Both the position numbers and the translations under genes were made by a program. Positions 8,462-17,365 of a stretch of DNA of 64,000 nucleotides are shown here, in pieces. The stretch is taken from assembly GCA_937952285.1 (NCBI GenBank), contig CALFZE010000048.1, forward strand, positions 3,320 to 67,319. Direction: 5' to 3'. The first letter of the stretch is position 1. The number at the start of each line of letters is the position of its first letter. Source of the stretch: an uncultured Bacteriovoracaceae bacterium (GTDB lineage: Bacteria; Bdellovibrionota; UBA2428). The notes below the pieces were generated by a model. The model worked only from the letters and a program-made list of their open reading frames with translations, had not been told where the DNA came from and searched no databases.

Positions 8462-10369
8462 TTGCGCCGAAACGGCGGAAGGGAGGAAGTGCCTTTGCCG
8501 TTTGGTCCGCGCGACATTCGACGTCTGACGCAAAGCCTCGCGCCGGGCCTCCTCGCGTTCGCGCTGTCGGCTTGCGGCGACCTCTCGCTCAAGACGACGC
8601 TCGACGCCGCCGTTCGCAAACAAAGCGGCGTCGATTCCCGAAGCCTCGCCTTGTGGGCGCGCAGCCCCGTCGTGGATGGCGGCGATCCGGGCTTGCACGC
8701 CGGCTCGAGCCTCGAATCGGTGCCGCGCACGGACCTCGACTTCGCGATGCTCGCCACCACGAAGTCCCTTCCGCAGTCGACGCTCGTGAGCGTCTACGAA
8801 ACGTCTTTCCTGTCGCTCGACGCGGACCGCCCGATCTTCTTCGATTGGGCGGGCACGCGCATTCCGTGGTCGAACCCGGCCTTCCAGGTCTTCATGGCGC
8901 TCCACCACGGGGCGAAGGCTGCCACGCACGCGCTTGGGCTGCTCGACGACTACCAGCCCGCCTCGGTCAAGATCCTCGCCGCCGAGCCGGGCGACGCCTA
9001 CTCGACGCACTACAGTCCTTCGAAGAAGACGATCACTTTCTACAAGAACGAGACGGGCCCGGCCTTCAACCCGGTCGACGAGGCCGACGCGACCTACCAC
9101 GAGTACGGTCACGTCGTTCAGCATGTCCTTTCGCCGGAAGCCGTGGCGGCTCCGACCCTCTTGAACTACCAGTTCGACGCGCTCCAGGAAGGACTCTCGG
9201 ACTTCGCGGCCGCGGTCGTCGCGCGCGATGACCGAACGAACGGCTACTTGAACTCGAATACCCGGCAGCTCGCGCAGGCTTCGGCCGTCTTCGACCCGGC
9301 CCAGTACACGCGCTCCGTCCGCAACGACTTCGCCTTTCCCCAGGCTTGGGTGGGGGGGCTTCTGAGCTGCCAGGAGACCGACGCCGATTGCGGCGGCAAC
9401 GGGAATATCCACCAGGACGGGCGCGTCGTCGCCGGCGCGCTGAACGACATTCGCAAGTACCTCTCGGGTTTCGAGGTCGTCGAGAAGAACTGCAGCGGCG
9501 CGAACTGCTCACTCAAGCTGGGGTCGGGCGCCTTGGGCGAGACCAAAGCGTGGGACGAAGTTTACGTTCTCGCGCACGAGGCGTTCCGGCTCATGAGCGA
9601 AACCAAGACGCTCTACTACTACGCGAAGACGCTCGTCGGCATCTGCTCGGCGCCGGCCTTCGCGTGGTGCACGACGGAGGTCAAGACCGGCATCAAACGC
9701 ATCCTCGTCGGCCGGGGGCTCTACGTGCAGGACGACGGCCTCTCGGCCGGCCCCTACGCCTGGGGCGAGTTCGGCGATGGCAACGCCTTCACCACGAGCA
9801 CGGGCGCGACCGGTCACCTCCGCACGCACACGGCGGGCGGCTGGTTCCCGCTCGCCGGCGAGGGTTACGCGAACTCCAACGGCGTCTTGGGACGTTGCGA
9901 AGCCGTTTTCCTCTACCCGAACTTCGACAACGTGAGCGACCTGCGCGCGCTCGGGGACCGCGTGCGTCTGGCCGGCATCTCGGTCGAGATCACGGCGATC
10001 TCGGGGTTCCGCAATCTCACGGCGCCTTCGACGGGCGCCGTCGTCGAGGACGTGACCTCGTCGGCGCGCGAGGAAAAGTTCTTGGGTTGGATGGATCCGG
10101 CCGACACGGTGACGGAGCTCATCTCGGATCCGGCCTCGCGTTGGTACAAGAACATCGGCGGCTCGAGCCTCTCGGCGTTCCCGAGCCTGTCGAACGCGTA
10201 TTCGGAGCTCGCTTGGCTCGCGCGCGCGCCGACGGCCGCGGGCGCCGCGGCGGGATCGGTGACCTACCGCCTGACGTTGAGAATCCAGAACCGCGAAAGC
10301 TACGAACCTTTTTCGGTGTCCTTTACGCAGAACTACGAAGTCTCCGCGAACGAAAGTTTCTGCGACTAA
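8462..10369 (+). CDS. Secreted thermolysin-like (gluzincin, HEXXH...E) zinc metalloprotease, lipoprotein
   Basis: Lipobox LLAFALSAC. HEYGHVVQH zinc-binding HEXXH, with QEGLSDF about 30 aa downstream resembling thermolysin's NEAISD third-ligand Glu motif. An alternative TTG start at 8498 has a better-spaced GGAGG. Confidence 0.6.
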   Translation: MRRNGGREEVPLPFGPRDIRRLTQSLAPGLLAFALSACGDLSLKTTLDAAVRKQSGVDSRSLALWARSPVVDGGDPGLHAGSSLESVPRTDLDFAMLATTKSLPQSTLVSVYETSFLSLDADRPIFFDWAGTRIPWSNPAFQVFMALHHGAKAATHALGLLDDYQPASVKILAAEPGDAYSTHYSPSKKTITFYKNETGPAFNPVDEADATYHEYGHVVQHVLSPEAVAAPTLLNYQFDALQEGLSDFAAAVVARDDRTNGYLNSNTRQLAQASAVFDPAQYTRSVRNDFAFPQAWVGGLLSCQETDADCGGNGNIHQDGRVVAGALNDIRKYLSGFEVVEKNCSGANCSLKLGSGALGETKAWDEVYVLAHEAFRLMSETKTLYYYAKTLVGICSAPAFAWCTTEVKTGIKRILVGRGLYVQDDGLSAGPYAWGEFGDGNAFTTSTGATGHLRTHTAGGWFPLAGEGYANSNGVLGRCEAVFLYPNFDNVSDLRALGDRVRLAGISVEITAISGFRNLTAPSTGAVVEDVTSSAREEKFLGWMDPADTVTELISDPASRWYKNIGGSSLSAFPSLSNAYSELAWLARAPTAAGAAAGSVTYRLTLRIQNRESYEPFSVSFTQNYEVSANESFCD

Positions 10370-10551
10370 CGGGGTCTCCGCGGGGGCTTGGAACGGGTCT
10401 TTAAGTGGCCAGAATCCATGGCCTTTTCGCGTCGGATGCCTTCACGAAATCTTTGCGAGGCAGCGCATTATGGCCCCGTTAGTCTACAGAAAGAAATCAA
10501 GTTTTTGCGTGGGCTTCCGAAAAGCTCCGGAGACCTTTCAAGGGGGAATTT

Positions 10552-10743
10552 ATGAAGCTTTTCAAAATCAAGAACTCCAAGCGCGGCCAAACCTCGGTCG
10601 AGTACATCCTGATCATCGCCGTCGTCGTCGGCGTCATCATGATGTTCGGTGACCAACTGAACAGCGGCATCAAGAAGGTCACGCAGAGCCTCTTCCAAGG
10701 CGCGGACCGCAACGTGTCCAGCCTCACCGATCGCAAGAACTAA
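10552..10743 (+). CDS. flp: Flp-family type IVb pilin
   Basis: 63 aa, MKLFKIKNSKRG/QTSVEYILIIAVVVGVIMMF. Has the G-xxxxEY prepilin peptidase motif followed by a hydrophobic segment. First gene of a tad operon. Confidence 0.75.
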   Translation: MKLFKIKNSKRGQTSVEYILIIAVVVGVIMMFGDQLNSGIKKVTQSLFQGADRNVSSLTDRKN

Positions 10744-10794
10744 GGAACGCGGGATTCGCTCGCGACCGGTCTTGGCAAGCGGAAGGGAGGCGTC

Positions 10795-11001
10795 ATGAAC
10801 TCGTTTCGTACGGCGCGCCCTTCTTCTCGCAAGCGGGGGCAGGCGCTTCTCGAGTACGTCCTGCTCCTCGGCCTCATCTCGACGATGGCGGCCGCGATGA
10901 CGCGTTTCTTCCTGAACGACTTCTTCGCGGAAGGATTGCGCGAGCTGCCGAGCGCCGTCTCTCCGTGTCTCTCGCAAGGGGCCGGAAAATGCGGTCCCTA
11001 G
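10795..11001 (+). CDS. flp: Flp-family pilin, second paralogue
   Basis: 68 aa, ...SSRKRG/QALLEYVLLLGLISTMAAAM. GGAAGGGAGG RBS. C-terminus has a Cys...Cys pair (CLSQGAGKC). Confidence 0.65.
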   Translation: MNSFRTARPSSRKRGQALLEYVLLLGLISTMAAAMTRFFLNDFFAEGLRELPSAVSPCLSQGAGKCGP

Positions 11002-11279
11002 GTGCCCCACGCGAACGCGCGCCCCGCCGTCGTCGCTTCGGATCCCGCTCGGGCCAAGCCATGGCCGAGTACATCCTGTTACTCGCGGTCGTGATGGGAG
11101 TCGTTTCCGTCTTTCGCGTCGTCTTCCTGCAGAACCTTGCGCCGCGACTCACGACGCGCTTCGAGAGCATGGCGACCTTCGAGGCCAAAGGCCTGGGCGA
11201 GGGCTCCGCGCCGCTGCTCGACAGCTACTACACGGGCTACGGAGGGGCACATGCCGACGCGCAAGTCATCGTCAAATAG
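10989..11279 (+). CDS. Flp-like pilin, third paralogue (atypically long leader)
   Basis: ...FGSRSG/QAMAEYILLLAVVMGVVSVF contains the G-xxxxEY motif. Start is uncertain and overlaps the previous gene by about 13 nt. Confidence 0.5.
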   Translation: MRSLGAPRERAPRRRRFGSRSGQAMAEYILLLAVVMGVVSVFRVVFLQNLAPRLTTRFESMATFEAKGLGEGSAPLLDSYYTGYGGAHADAQVIVK

Positions 11280-11934
11280 CGCCGCGGCCGCGCGCAAGAC
11301 GTCCCGCTCCGGCCAGACCTTGGTCGAGTTCATCTTCGTCTCGATTCTTTTCGTGTTCATGGTCGCCATCTCATTCAACGCCGTTTTGGCGATGAGTCTC
11401 CATCAGTACATGTCCTTCGCGGCGTTCATGTCGGCCCGTGCCTACCAGGCCTCGGCGAGCGACAAAGCCGTCCAAGTCGCTTCGGCGCGCGGCACCCTCT
11501 CACTCTACCTGCCGGGCCGCACGCCCCAGAACGTCACCGACGTCCCCTACGAGATCACCTTTCCGGTCTTCAGCAAGCCCGGTACTATCCTCGTCACGAA
11601 CGTCGTGCTGCCGCCGGGCGACGCGAGCCTGGACTACGGGCCGGGCGCGACGCTCGAGACCCAGGCCGGAAGCGCGCCCGCGATCGTCATCGAGTACGTC
11701 GTGCCGATCGCGAACCTTCCGCTCGGCGACGAGCTGGCGCAGATCAGCCAGATCAAGCTGCGCTCGCGCGCCTACTTGGGCCGCGAGGTTTCGCAGTCGG
11801 AGTGCCGGCGCTTTTTCACGAGCTTCTTCAACTACTACACCTTCGAGAACTCCGGTCTCGGCGGCAGCCCCATGCGGGCCAACGAAAGCTACGTGCGCTC
11901 GTTGGCCCCTAACATGGAGGACAACGGATGTTGA
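11251..11934 (+). CDS. TadE-like pseudopilin
   Basis: N-terminus ...RSGQTLVEFIFVSILFVFMVAISF is a TadE-type processed N-terminus (G/Q..VEF plus TM helix). Sits in the tad operon. Confidence 0.55.
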   Translation: MPTRKSSSNSAAAARKTSRSGQTLVEFIFVSILFVFMVAISFNAVLAMSLHQYMSFAAFMSARAYQASASDKAVQVASARGTLSLYLPGRTPQNVTDVPYEITFPVFSKPGTILVTNVVLPPGDASLDYGPGATLETQAGSAPAIVIEYVVPIANLPLGDELAQISQIKLRSRAYLGREVSQSECRRFFTSFFNYYTFENSGLGGSPMRANESYVRSLAPNMEDNGC

Positions 11935-12386
11935 GTCGTCGCTCGGTTTCGAGCCGTCGCGGTCAGGCCGTTGTCGAGCTGTTGCCGGCCGTCCTGATCT
12001 TTCTCCTCGTGACGACGGCGGCCATGACCTATTTCCGCACGCTCCGCCACGCGACGCTTCGCCAGGAGGTCGTGCGCAACCTTGCCTTCGCGAAGATCGC
12101 GAACTCGGGCACGCTCACGACGCCGACCGAGCAGAGCGGCGGCGAGCTCCCCGTCCAGTACGCGGCGTCTGGGGAGCGGAGCGTGGCCGGCATCCAGGCC
12201 AGCGCGAACGCCTTCGTGTCGAACGAGAACGTTTGCTTTCGCATCGTTCCGCACGAGCCGACGACGGAAGTCTCCCTTTCGGGGGTCTACGGTATGGGGG
12301 ACCTCGTCAAAGTTCCGTTCTCGACCTCGAGCGTGGTGTACCGCGGCGCTTTGGGACAGCGCGTGGCGGCGGCCTGCGGACCTTAG
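11928..12386 (+). CDS. TadE/TadF-like pseudopilin
   Basis: MLSRRSVSSRRGQAVVELLPAVLIFLLVTTAAMTYF. GGAGG RBS 7 nt upstream. 7-nt overlap with the preceding gene. Confidence 0.55.
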   Translation: MLSRRSVSSRRGQAVVELLPAVLIFLLVTTAAMTYFRTLRHATLRQEVVRNLAFAKIANSGTLTTPTEQSGGELPVQYAASGERSVAGIQASANAFVSNENVCFRIVPHEPTTEVSLSGVYGMGDLVKVPFSTSSVVYRGALGQRVAAACGP

Positions 12387-12450
12387 CGCGCAGCCTCAAG
12401 GGTCCCGCCCGGATGGCCGATAGGAATGAGAGGAGCGTAAGGCCGACTTT

Positions 12451-13365
12451 ATGAACCAGTCCAAAGCCTTCGGTATCAGTCTCGTCTTCGCGGGCCTCGC
12501 CATGCTTCTCGTTTTCCTTTACGTGGACTCCGAGAAGAAGCAGATCCGCGATGAGTTCGGCGAAGAAGTGACCGTCGTGGTCGCGCGCGAAGACATCAAC
12601 GAGATGCAAGAGATCTCGACCAAAGTTCTCGAGACGAAGCGCGTCCCGAAACGCTTCGTGCAACCGGGCGTCCAGTTCGACCCGAACGTCTACGAAGGTA
12701 CGATCGCGGCCGCGCCGTTCAAGGCGGGCGAGCAAGTCCCGCTTTCCAAGGTGCTGCTGAAGGGCGGCGAAACCGGTCTCGCGACCCAAGTCGCCGTGTC
12801 CAAGCGCGGGATCGCGATTCCGATCTCGGACACGACGGGCGTGAACCGCCTCGTGCGTCCGGGCGACCGCGTGGACCTCATCGCGAACGTGACCTACGAA
12901 GACGCGGCCGGCAAGCGCGGCTCCGAGATCAAGACGATCCTGCAGGACGTGCAGATCATCGCCGTCGGAGAGATGATCCAGAACAACATTCCGCAGGTCT
13001 TCGAGGAAGATCCCATCTCCGGCGGCCGTCGCGCCAAGAGCCTGCGCGGCTCGCGCGGCTTCGCGACGATCACCGTCGAGGTCACGCCCCTCGAGGCCCA
13101 GTCGCTCATCTACCTCGTGTCGTCGGGCACCGACATCTTTTCGACTTTGCGCAATCCGGTCGACCGCGTCGTCCAGCCGGTGCCCACGACGACCGTCGAC
13201 GAAGTGCTCGGTCAGAACTCGAAGAAGGCCGAGATCGAGCGCCGCATGAGAATCCCGGCGGCGGCTCCCGTCGTCGCGGCGCCTCCGCCTCCGCCCCGCA
13301 TGATCTTCAATCCGATGACCGGAACGATGGTTCCGGCGATGGGAGGCGGCATTGGCCCGAAGTGA
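12451..13365 (+). CDS. cpaB: Flp pilus assembly protein CpaB/RcpC
   Basis: N-terminal TM anchor, then a SAF-like and CpaB-like body (VVVAREDINEMQEISTKVLETKRVP...VRPGDRVDLIANV). Position is between the pseudopilins and the secretin. Confidence 0.7.
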   Translation: MNQSKAFGISLVFAGLAMLLVFLYVDSEKKQIRDEFGEEVTVVVAREDINEMQEISTKVLETKRVPKRFVQPGVQFDPNVYEGTIAAAPFKAGEQVPLSKVLLKGGETGLATQVAVSKRGIAIPISDTTGVNRLVRPGDRVDLIANVTYEDAAGKRGSEIKTILQDVQIIAVGEMIQNNIPQVFEEDPISGGRRAKSLRGSRGFATITVEVTPLEAQSLIYLVSSGTDIFSTLRNPVDRVVQPVPTTTVDEVLGQNSKKAEIERRMRIPAAAPVVAAPPPPPRMIFNPMTGTMVPAMGGGIGPK

Positions 13366-15112
13366 ATTGTTTTCCAAGGGCGTGAAGGGATTCCTCGGCG
13401 CGGCGCTTTGGCTGTCGTTCGCCGTGGTTTCCTCTTCGCGGGCGCAGGACGGCGGGCGTGATCCGGCGTCGGCGTCGCGTCCGCCCTCGCAAAAGCCCGC
13501 TTTGCTCGACGGCAAGGAAACCGATCTGCTCGGCGCGATCCCGAACACGACTTTCCGCGAAATCGAATCCGTGCGCCGCGATGACGCCGTTCTGCGTCCG
13601 AAGCACGGCTTTCGCGACATCTTCATGACCAAGGGCAAGACGACGGTGCTGGACGTGCACACGATCCCGCCCGGCAAGCCTTGCCCGGAGCGTCTCGACC
13701 AGCTCCCCATCCGCGTTTCCCAGGTCGGGCTCATCGTGAACTCGGTGCGCGACGGCAGCTCGAACGGCTGTCGGGTCACGGCGAGCGACCAGGTCGGGTC
13801 GACCCAGATCCTTTGGTACGACAACCGCGCCCAGGCGGCGGATGCCCCGCCGGTCCTCGGCGAGCTTCTGCGTGTCTACCGCATCACCGTGACGACGGAC
13901 GATATCCTCACGATGATGCAGGAGCTCCAAGGCCTCATCGGCGATATCGAAGGCATCGAGATTCGTATCGTCGGCACGCAAGTCGTCGTCGACGGCAAGA
14001 TCCTCGTGCCCTCCGAGCTCCGTCGGCTCGAGACGGTCCTCTCGGTTCCGCGTTACCAGGGCAAGGTCTTGAGCCTCGCCGAGATCTCGCCGGTTTCGCA
14101 GAAGCTCCTCGCGCGCAAGATGGAGGAATCCATCGCGGGCGGCAAGGATCGGCCCAAGGAGATCACGGTTCGCGTCGTGAACGGCCGCTTCTTCCTGGAA
14201 GGCCTCGTCGACAAGCAGGGCGACCGCCAGGCGGCCGAGGTCATCTGTAAGAGTTTTCTCCAAGAGAAGTACTACCTCTCCAAGGGGCCCAAGCCTCCGG
14301 AAGGTATCGGGTCGGATTGCGTGCAGATGGTGCGTATCCGCGCCCAGCAGCCTTCCGAGCCGGATCCCATCGTCTCCGTGCGCGTGGACTTCGTGAAGCT
14401 CAACCGCGAGTTCATGAAGAACTTCGAGTTCAGCTGGGCGCCGACCATCGGCGCTTCGGCCGAAGCTGCCTACAGCACGGACCTCGGGCGCTTCGTGGGC
14501 AGCTTCACCGCCACGCTCTCGAGCCTCTTTCCCAAACTCCATTCCGCGAGCTCGAACGGCCACGCCCGCATCCTGAAGTCGGCGCACCTCCTCGTGCGCG
14601 ACGGCGCGGACGCGCAGCGGGGCGACGGCGCGCCGCCCGAAGCCAAGATCAGCGAAGTCATCCAGATCCCGTACACCCTCCGCGACGCGCAGGGGAACGA
14701 GCAGCTGCAGTTCCAGGAAGTCCGCACGCAGGTCTCCCTGCGCGTGAAATCCGTGGCGGGTTCCGACAAGCTCAACCTCGACGTCCTCGCGACCCAGGCC
14801 GAGCTCCGCGGAAGCGGCGGCGGCGCGGGTCAGCAGTCGGGCACCGTATCGAACGAGGTCAAGACGAGTCTCGTCGTGGGCGACGGCGAAAGCGCCGCGC
14901 TCGGCGGGCTCGTGTCGGAGCGCAAGCAGATCTCGAACGGCCGCAAGCCTTCCGCCGAGGCCGGGAACACTTTCTCGCTCTTCTCGCTCGACAAGAAGCA
15001 CGACTACTTGGACAGCAAGGAGCAGTTCATCGTTTTCATCACCCCCGAGAAAATTCGCTCCCCTTCGGAAGGCACGGAACGCCTCAAGCGCAAGTTCCGT
15101 CTGAGGAAGTAA
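13352..15112 (+). CDS. cpaC: Flp pilus secretin CpaC/RcpA
   Basis: Signal peptide. C-terminal secretin domain (TSLVVGDGESAALGGLVSERKQ...EQFIVFITPEKI) typical of the T2SS/T3SS secretin family. Confidence 0.75.
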   Translation: MARSELFSKGVKGFLGAALWLSFAVVSSSRAQDGGRDPASASRPPSQKPALLDGKETDLLGAIPNTTFREIESVRRDDAVLRPKHGFRDIFMTKGKTTVLDVHTIPPGKPCPERLDQLPIRVSQVGLIVNSVRDGSSNGCRVTASDQVGSTQILWYDNRAQAADAPPVLGELLRVYRITVTTDDILTMMQELQGLIGDIEGIEIRIVGTQVVVDGKILVPSELRRLETVLSVPRYQGKVLSLAEISPVSQKLLARKMEESIAGGKDRPKEITVRVVNGRFFLEGLVDKQGDRQAAEVICKSFLQEKYYLSKGPKPPEGIGSDCVQMVRIRAQQPSEPDPIVSVRVDFVKLNREFMKNFEFSWAPTIGASAEAAYSTDLGRFVGSFTATLSSLFPKLHSASSNGHARILKSAHLLVRDGADAQRGDGAPPEAKISEVIQIPYTLRDAQGNEQLQFQEVRTQVSLRVKSVAGSDKLNLDVLATQAELRGSGGGAGQQSGTVSNEVKTSLVVGDGESAALGGLVSERKQISNGRKPSAEAGNTFSLFSLDKKHDYLDSKEQFIVFITPEKIRSPSEGTERLKRKFRLRK

Positions 15113-15116
15113 CGGC

Positions 15117-17357
15117 ATGAGCCAACAACCTCCGCTTCGAGCCGTTCCGCCCCCCGCCGCCGGATCGCCGTCGCCGACGGCCGCCGCGGCCGCGCCCCAA
15201 GGCCACGTCATCGCGGTCGTGGGCGGGAAGGGCGGCGTCGGCAAGTCCGTCTTCGCGGGCAACTTCGCGCTCGCGATGGCGGCCGACGCCAAGAACGGCC
15301 CCGCGCTCATCGACATGGATCCGCAGGGCTCCGGCGACCTGAGCCTGATCTTGGGCGTGAAGCAGGTCAAAGGCTACGGCGACGACTTGCTGGCGGGCAA
15401 ACTCCGCGACAGCGCCGCGCTCCGCAGCTTCCTGACCCAGGTCCCGGCGGGTCCGGCGGGCGGTCCCGTCCTGAACGTTCTCCAAATGAGCGCGAACCCC
15501 GACAAGCTCCTCTCCGTCGAAGAAGACAAGATGGATCTCGCGCTCAAGCTCGTGCGCCGGACTTACCCGGTGACGATCATCGACTGCGGCAGCCGTCTCG
15601 AGGGGCCCATCCTCAAGGCGATCGATCTCGCGACGATGATCCTCGTCGTGACGAACCCCGAGATCCTCGTCCTCAACCAGACCCGCCGCGTGCTCGATCG
15701 GCTACAGACGCTGCTCGTGCCGCCGGACATGGTGAAGGTCGTCCTGAACAAGATGCCGACGGGCGGCACGCCCTATACGCCGCAGTTCATCGAACAGAAC
15801 CTCAAGCGCCAAGTCGTCGCGGTGATCCCCGAGGACGCGGCTTCCGCGCAGGCGGCGCTCTCCAAGGGCGTGCCCATGGTGGCCTCGGCGCCGGGATCGC
15901 CCGCGACCAAGGCGCTCTACGGCTTGAGCCGGGTCCTGCTCGAGAAGCGGGTGCTCGATACCCTCGCCCAGGTTCAGCGCGCGCCCCGGCCCGTGCCGGC
16001 CGCCGATGCGAAGCCGGCCGCGGCGGGCGGCGCCCCCGAGCCGGGCGGCCAGTCGAAAATGGGCAAGGAGCCGCGCGACCCGCGGAGCATCCTGAAGATC
16101 CGTATCCAGGCCCAGCTCGTCGAGCGCATGGACCTCAAGCGCGAACAACTCGACCGCAACCTCGACGCCGAGAAACGCGCCGAGCTCCGCGCGAAGGCCC
16201 TCAAGATCGTCACCGACATCCTGAACGTCGAGGACCATCCGTGGAAAGCCCGCGAGGAGATGGCCAAGCTCACGAAAGAAATCCTGGACGAAGCGCTCGT
16301 GCTCGGTCCCCTGGAGGACCTGCTCGCCGACGACGACGTCAAGGAAATCATGGTGAACCGCGCCGACCTGATCTTCATCGAAAAAGGCGGGCGCATCCAG
16401 AAGTCGCCCGTCACCTTCTCGAGCAACGTTCAGCTCATGTCGGTCATCGAGCGTATCGTGAACCCCCTCGGCCGTCGCATCGACGAGAAGACGCCCTACG
16501 TCGACGCGCGTCTCGTGGACGGCAGCCGGGTGCACGCAATTATCCCGCCGCTCGCCCTCGACGGCCCCATGCTCACGATCCGGAAGTTCCCCAAGAAACG
16601 CCTGGGACCCGAGGATCTCATCAAGTTCGGAACCTTCACGCCCGAGATGTCGGACTTCCTGCGCGCCTGCATCGAGGCCCGCCTGAACGTCCTGATCAGC
16701 GGCGGTACGGGTTCGGGTAAAACGACGCTCCTCAACGTGCTGTCGAGCTTCATTCCCGCCACCGAGCGCATCCTGACCGTCGAAGATGCGGCCGAGTTGC
16801 AACTCGTGCAGGAACACGTCGGACGCCTCGAAACGCGGCCCGCCAACATCGAAGGCACGGGCGCCGTGACGATTCGCGACCTCGTCCGCCAAACGCTCCG
16901 GATGCGCCCCGACCGCATCGTCATCGGGGAAGTCCGCGCCGGCGAGGCGCTCGACATGCTCCAGGCTATGAACACGGGTCACGACGGCTCGATGGCCACG
17001 GTCCACTCGAACAACCCGCGCGACGCCGTCGCGCGTCTCGAGACCCTCGTCATGATGGCCGGCATGGACTTGCCCGCGAAGGCGATCCGCGAGCAGATCT
17101 CGAACGCCGTCCACCTCATCGTGCAGCAGTCGCGCCTTTCGGACGGTTCGCGCCGGGTCACCCACGTGACCGAGGTCTCCGGCATGCAAGGCGAAGTCGT
17201 CACGATGCAGGACATCTTCGTCTTCCGGCAGGACGGCCTCGACGAGAAGCGCAAGGTGAAGGGCAAACACGTCGCGACGGGCTTCATCCCCAAGTTCATC
17301 GACAAGATCGAGGCGACGGGCATCAAGCTCCCGCGCGGTCTCTTTAAGGCGGCTTGA
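15117..17357 (+). CDS. Fused CpaE(TadZ)-like ParA/MinD ATPase and CpaF(TadA) secretion ATPase
   Basis: N-terminus has the deviant Walker A VIAVVGGKGGVGKS (ParA/MinD fold, CpaE-like), then an Ala/Pro-rich linker. C-terminal about 450 aa is CpaF/TadA-like (LISGGTGSGKTTLLNVLSSF Walker A, TVEDAAELQL, NTGHDGSMATVHSN). One 746-aa ORF with no internal stop. Confidence 0.75.
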   Translation: MSQQPPLRAVPPPAAGSPSPTAAAAAPQGHVIAVVGGKGGVGKSVFAGNFALAMAADAKNGPALIDMDPQGSGDLSLILGVKQVKGYGDDLLAGKLRDSAALRSFLTQVPAGPAGGPVLNVLQMSANPDKLLSVEEDKMDLALKLVRRTYPVTIIDCGSRLEGPILKAIDLATMILVVTNPEILVLNQTRRVLDRLQTLLVPPDMVKVVLNKMPTGGTPYTPQFIEQNLKRQVVAVIPEDAASAQAALSKGVPMVASAPGSPATKALYGLSRVLLEKRVLDTLAQVQRAPRPVPAADAKPAAAGGAPEPGGQSKMGKEPRDPRSILKIRIQAQLVERMDLKREQLDRNLDAEKRAELRAKALKIVTDILNVEDHPWKAREEMAKLTKEILDEALVLGPLEDLLADDDVKEIMVNRADLIFIEKGGRIQKSPVTFSSNVQLMSVIERIVNPLGRRIDEKTPYVDARLVDGSRVHAIIPPLALDGPMLTIRKFPKKRLGPEDLIKFGTFTPEMSDFLRACIEARLNVLISGGTGSGKTTLLNVLSSFIPATERILTVEDAAELQLVQEHVGRLETRPANIEGTGAVTIRDLVRQTLRMRPDRIVIGEVRAGEALDMLQAMNTGHDGSMATVHSNNPRDAVARLETLVMMAGMDLPAKAIREQISNAVHLIVQQSRLSDGSRRVTHVTEVSGMQGEVVTMQDIFVFRQDGLDEKRKVKGKHVATGFIPKFIDKIEATGIKLPRGLFKAA

Positions 17358-17365
17358 GGTCGGCG

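Noticed and set aside
10370-10551. Sigma54 (-24/-12) promoter upstream of flp1
   Set aside because: Only poor matches (TGCC...TTGC) to the TGGCAC-N5-TTGCW consensus. Not convincing from sequence alone.
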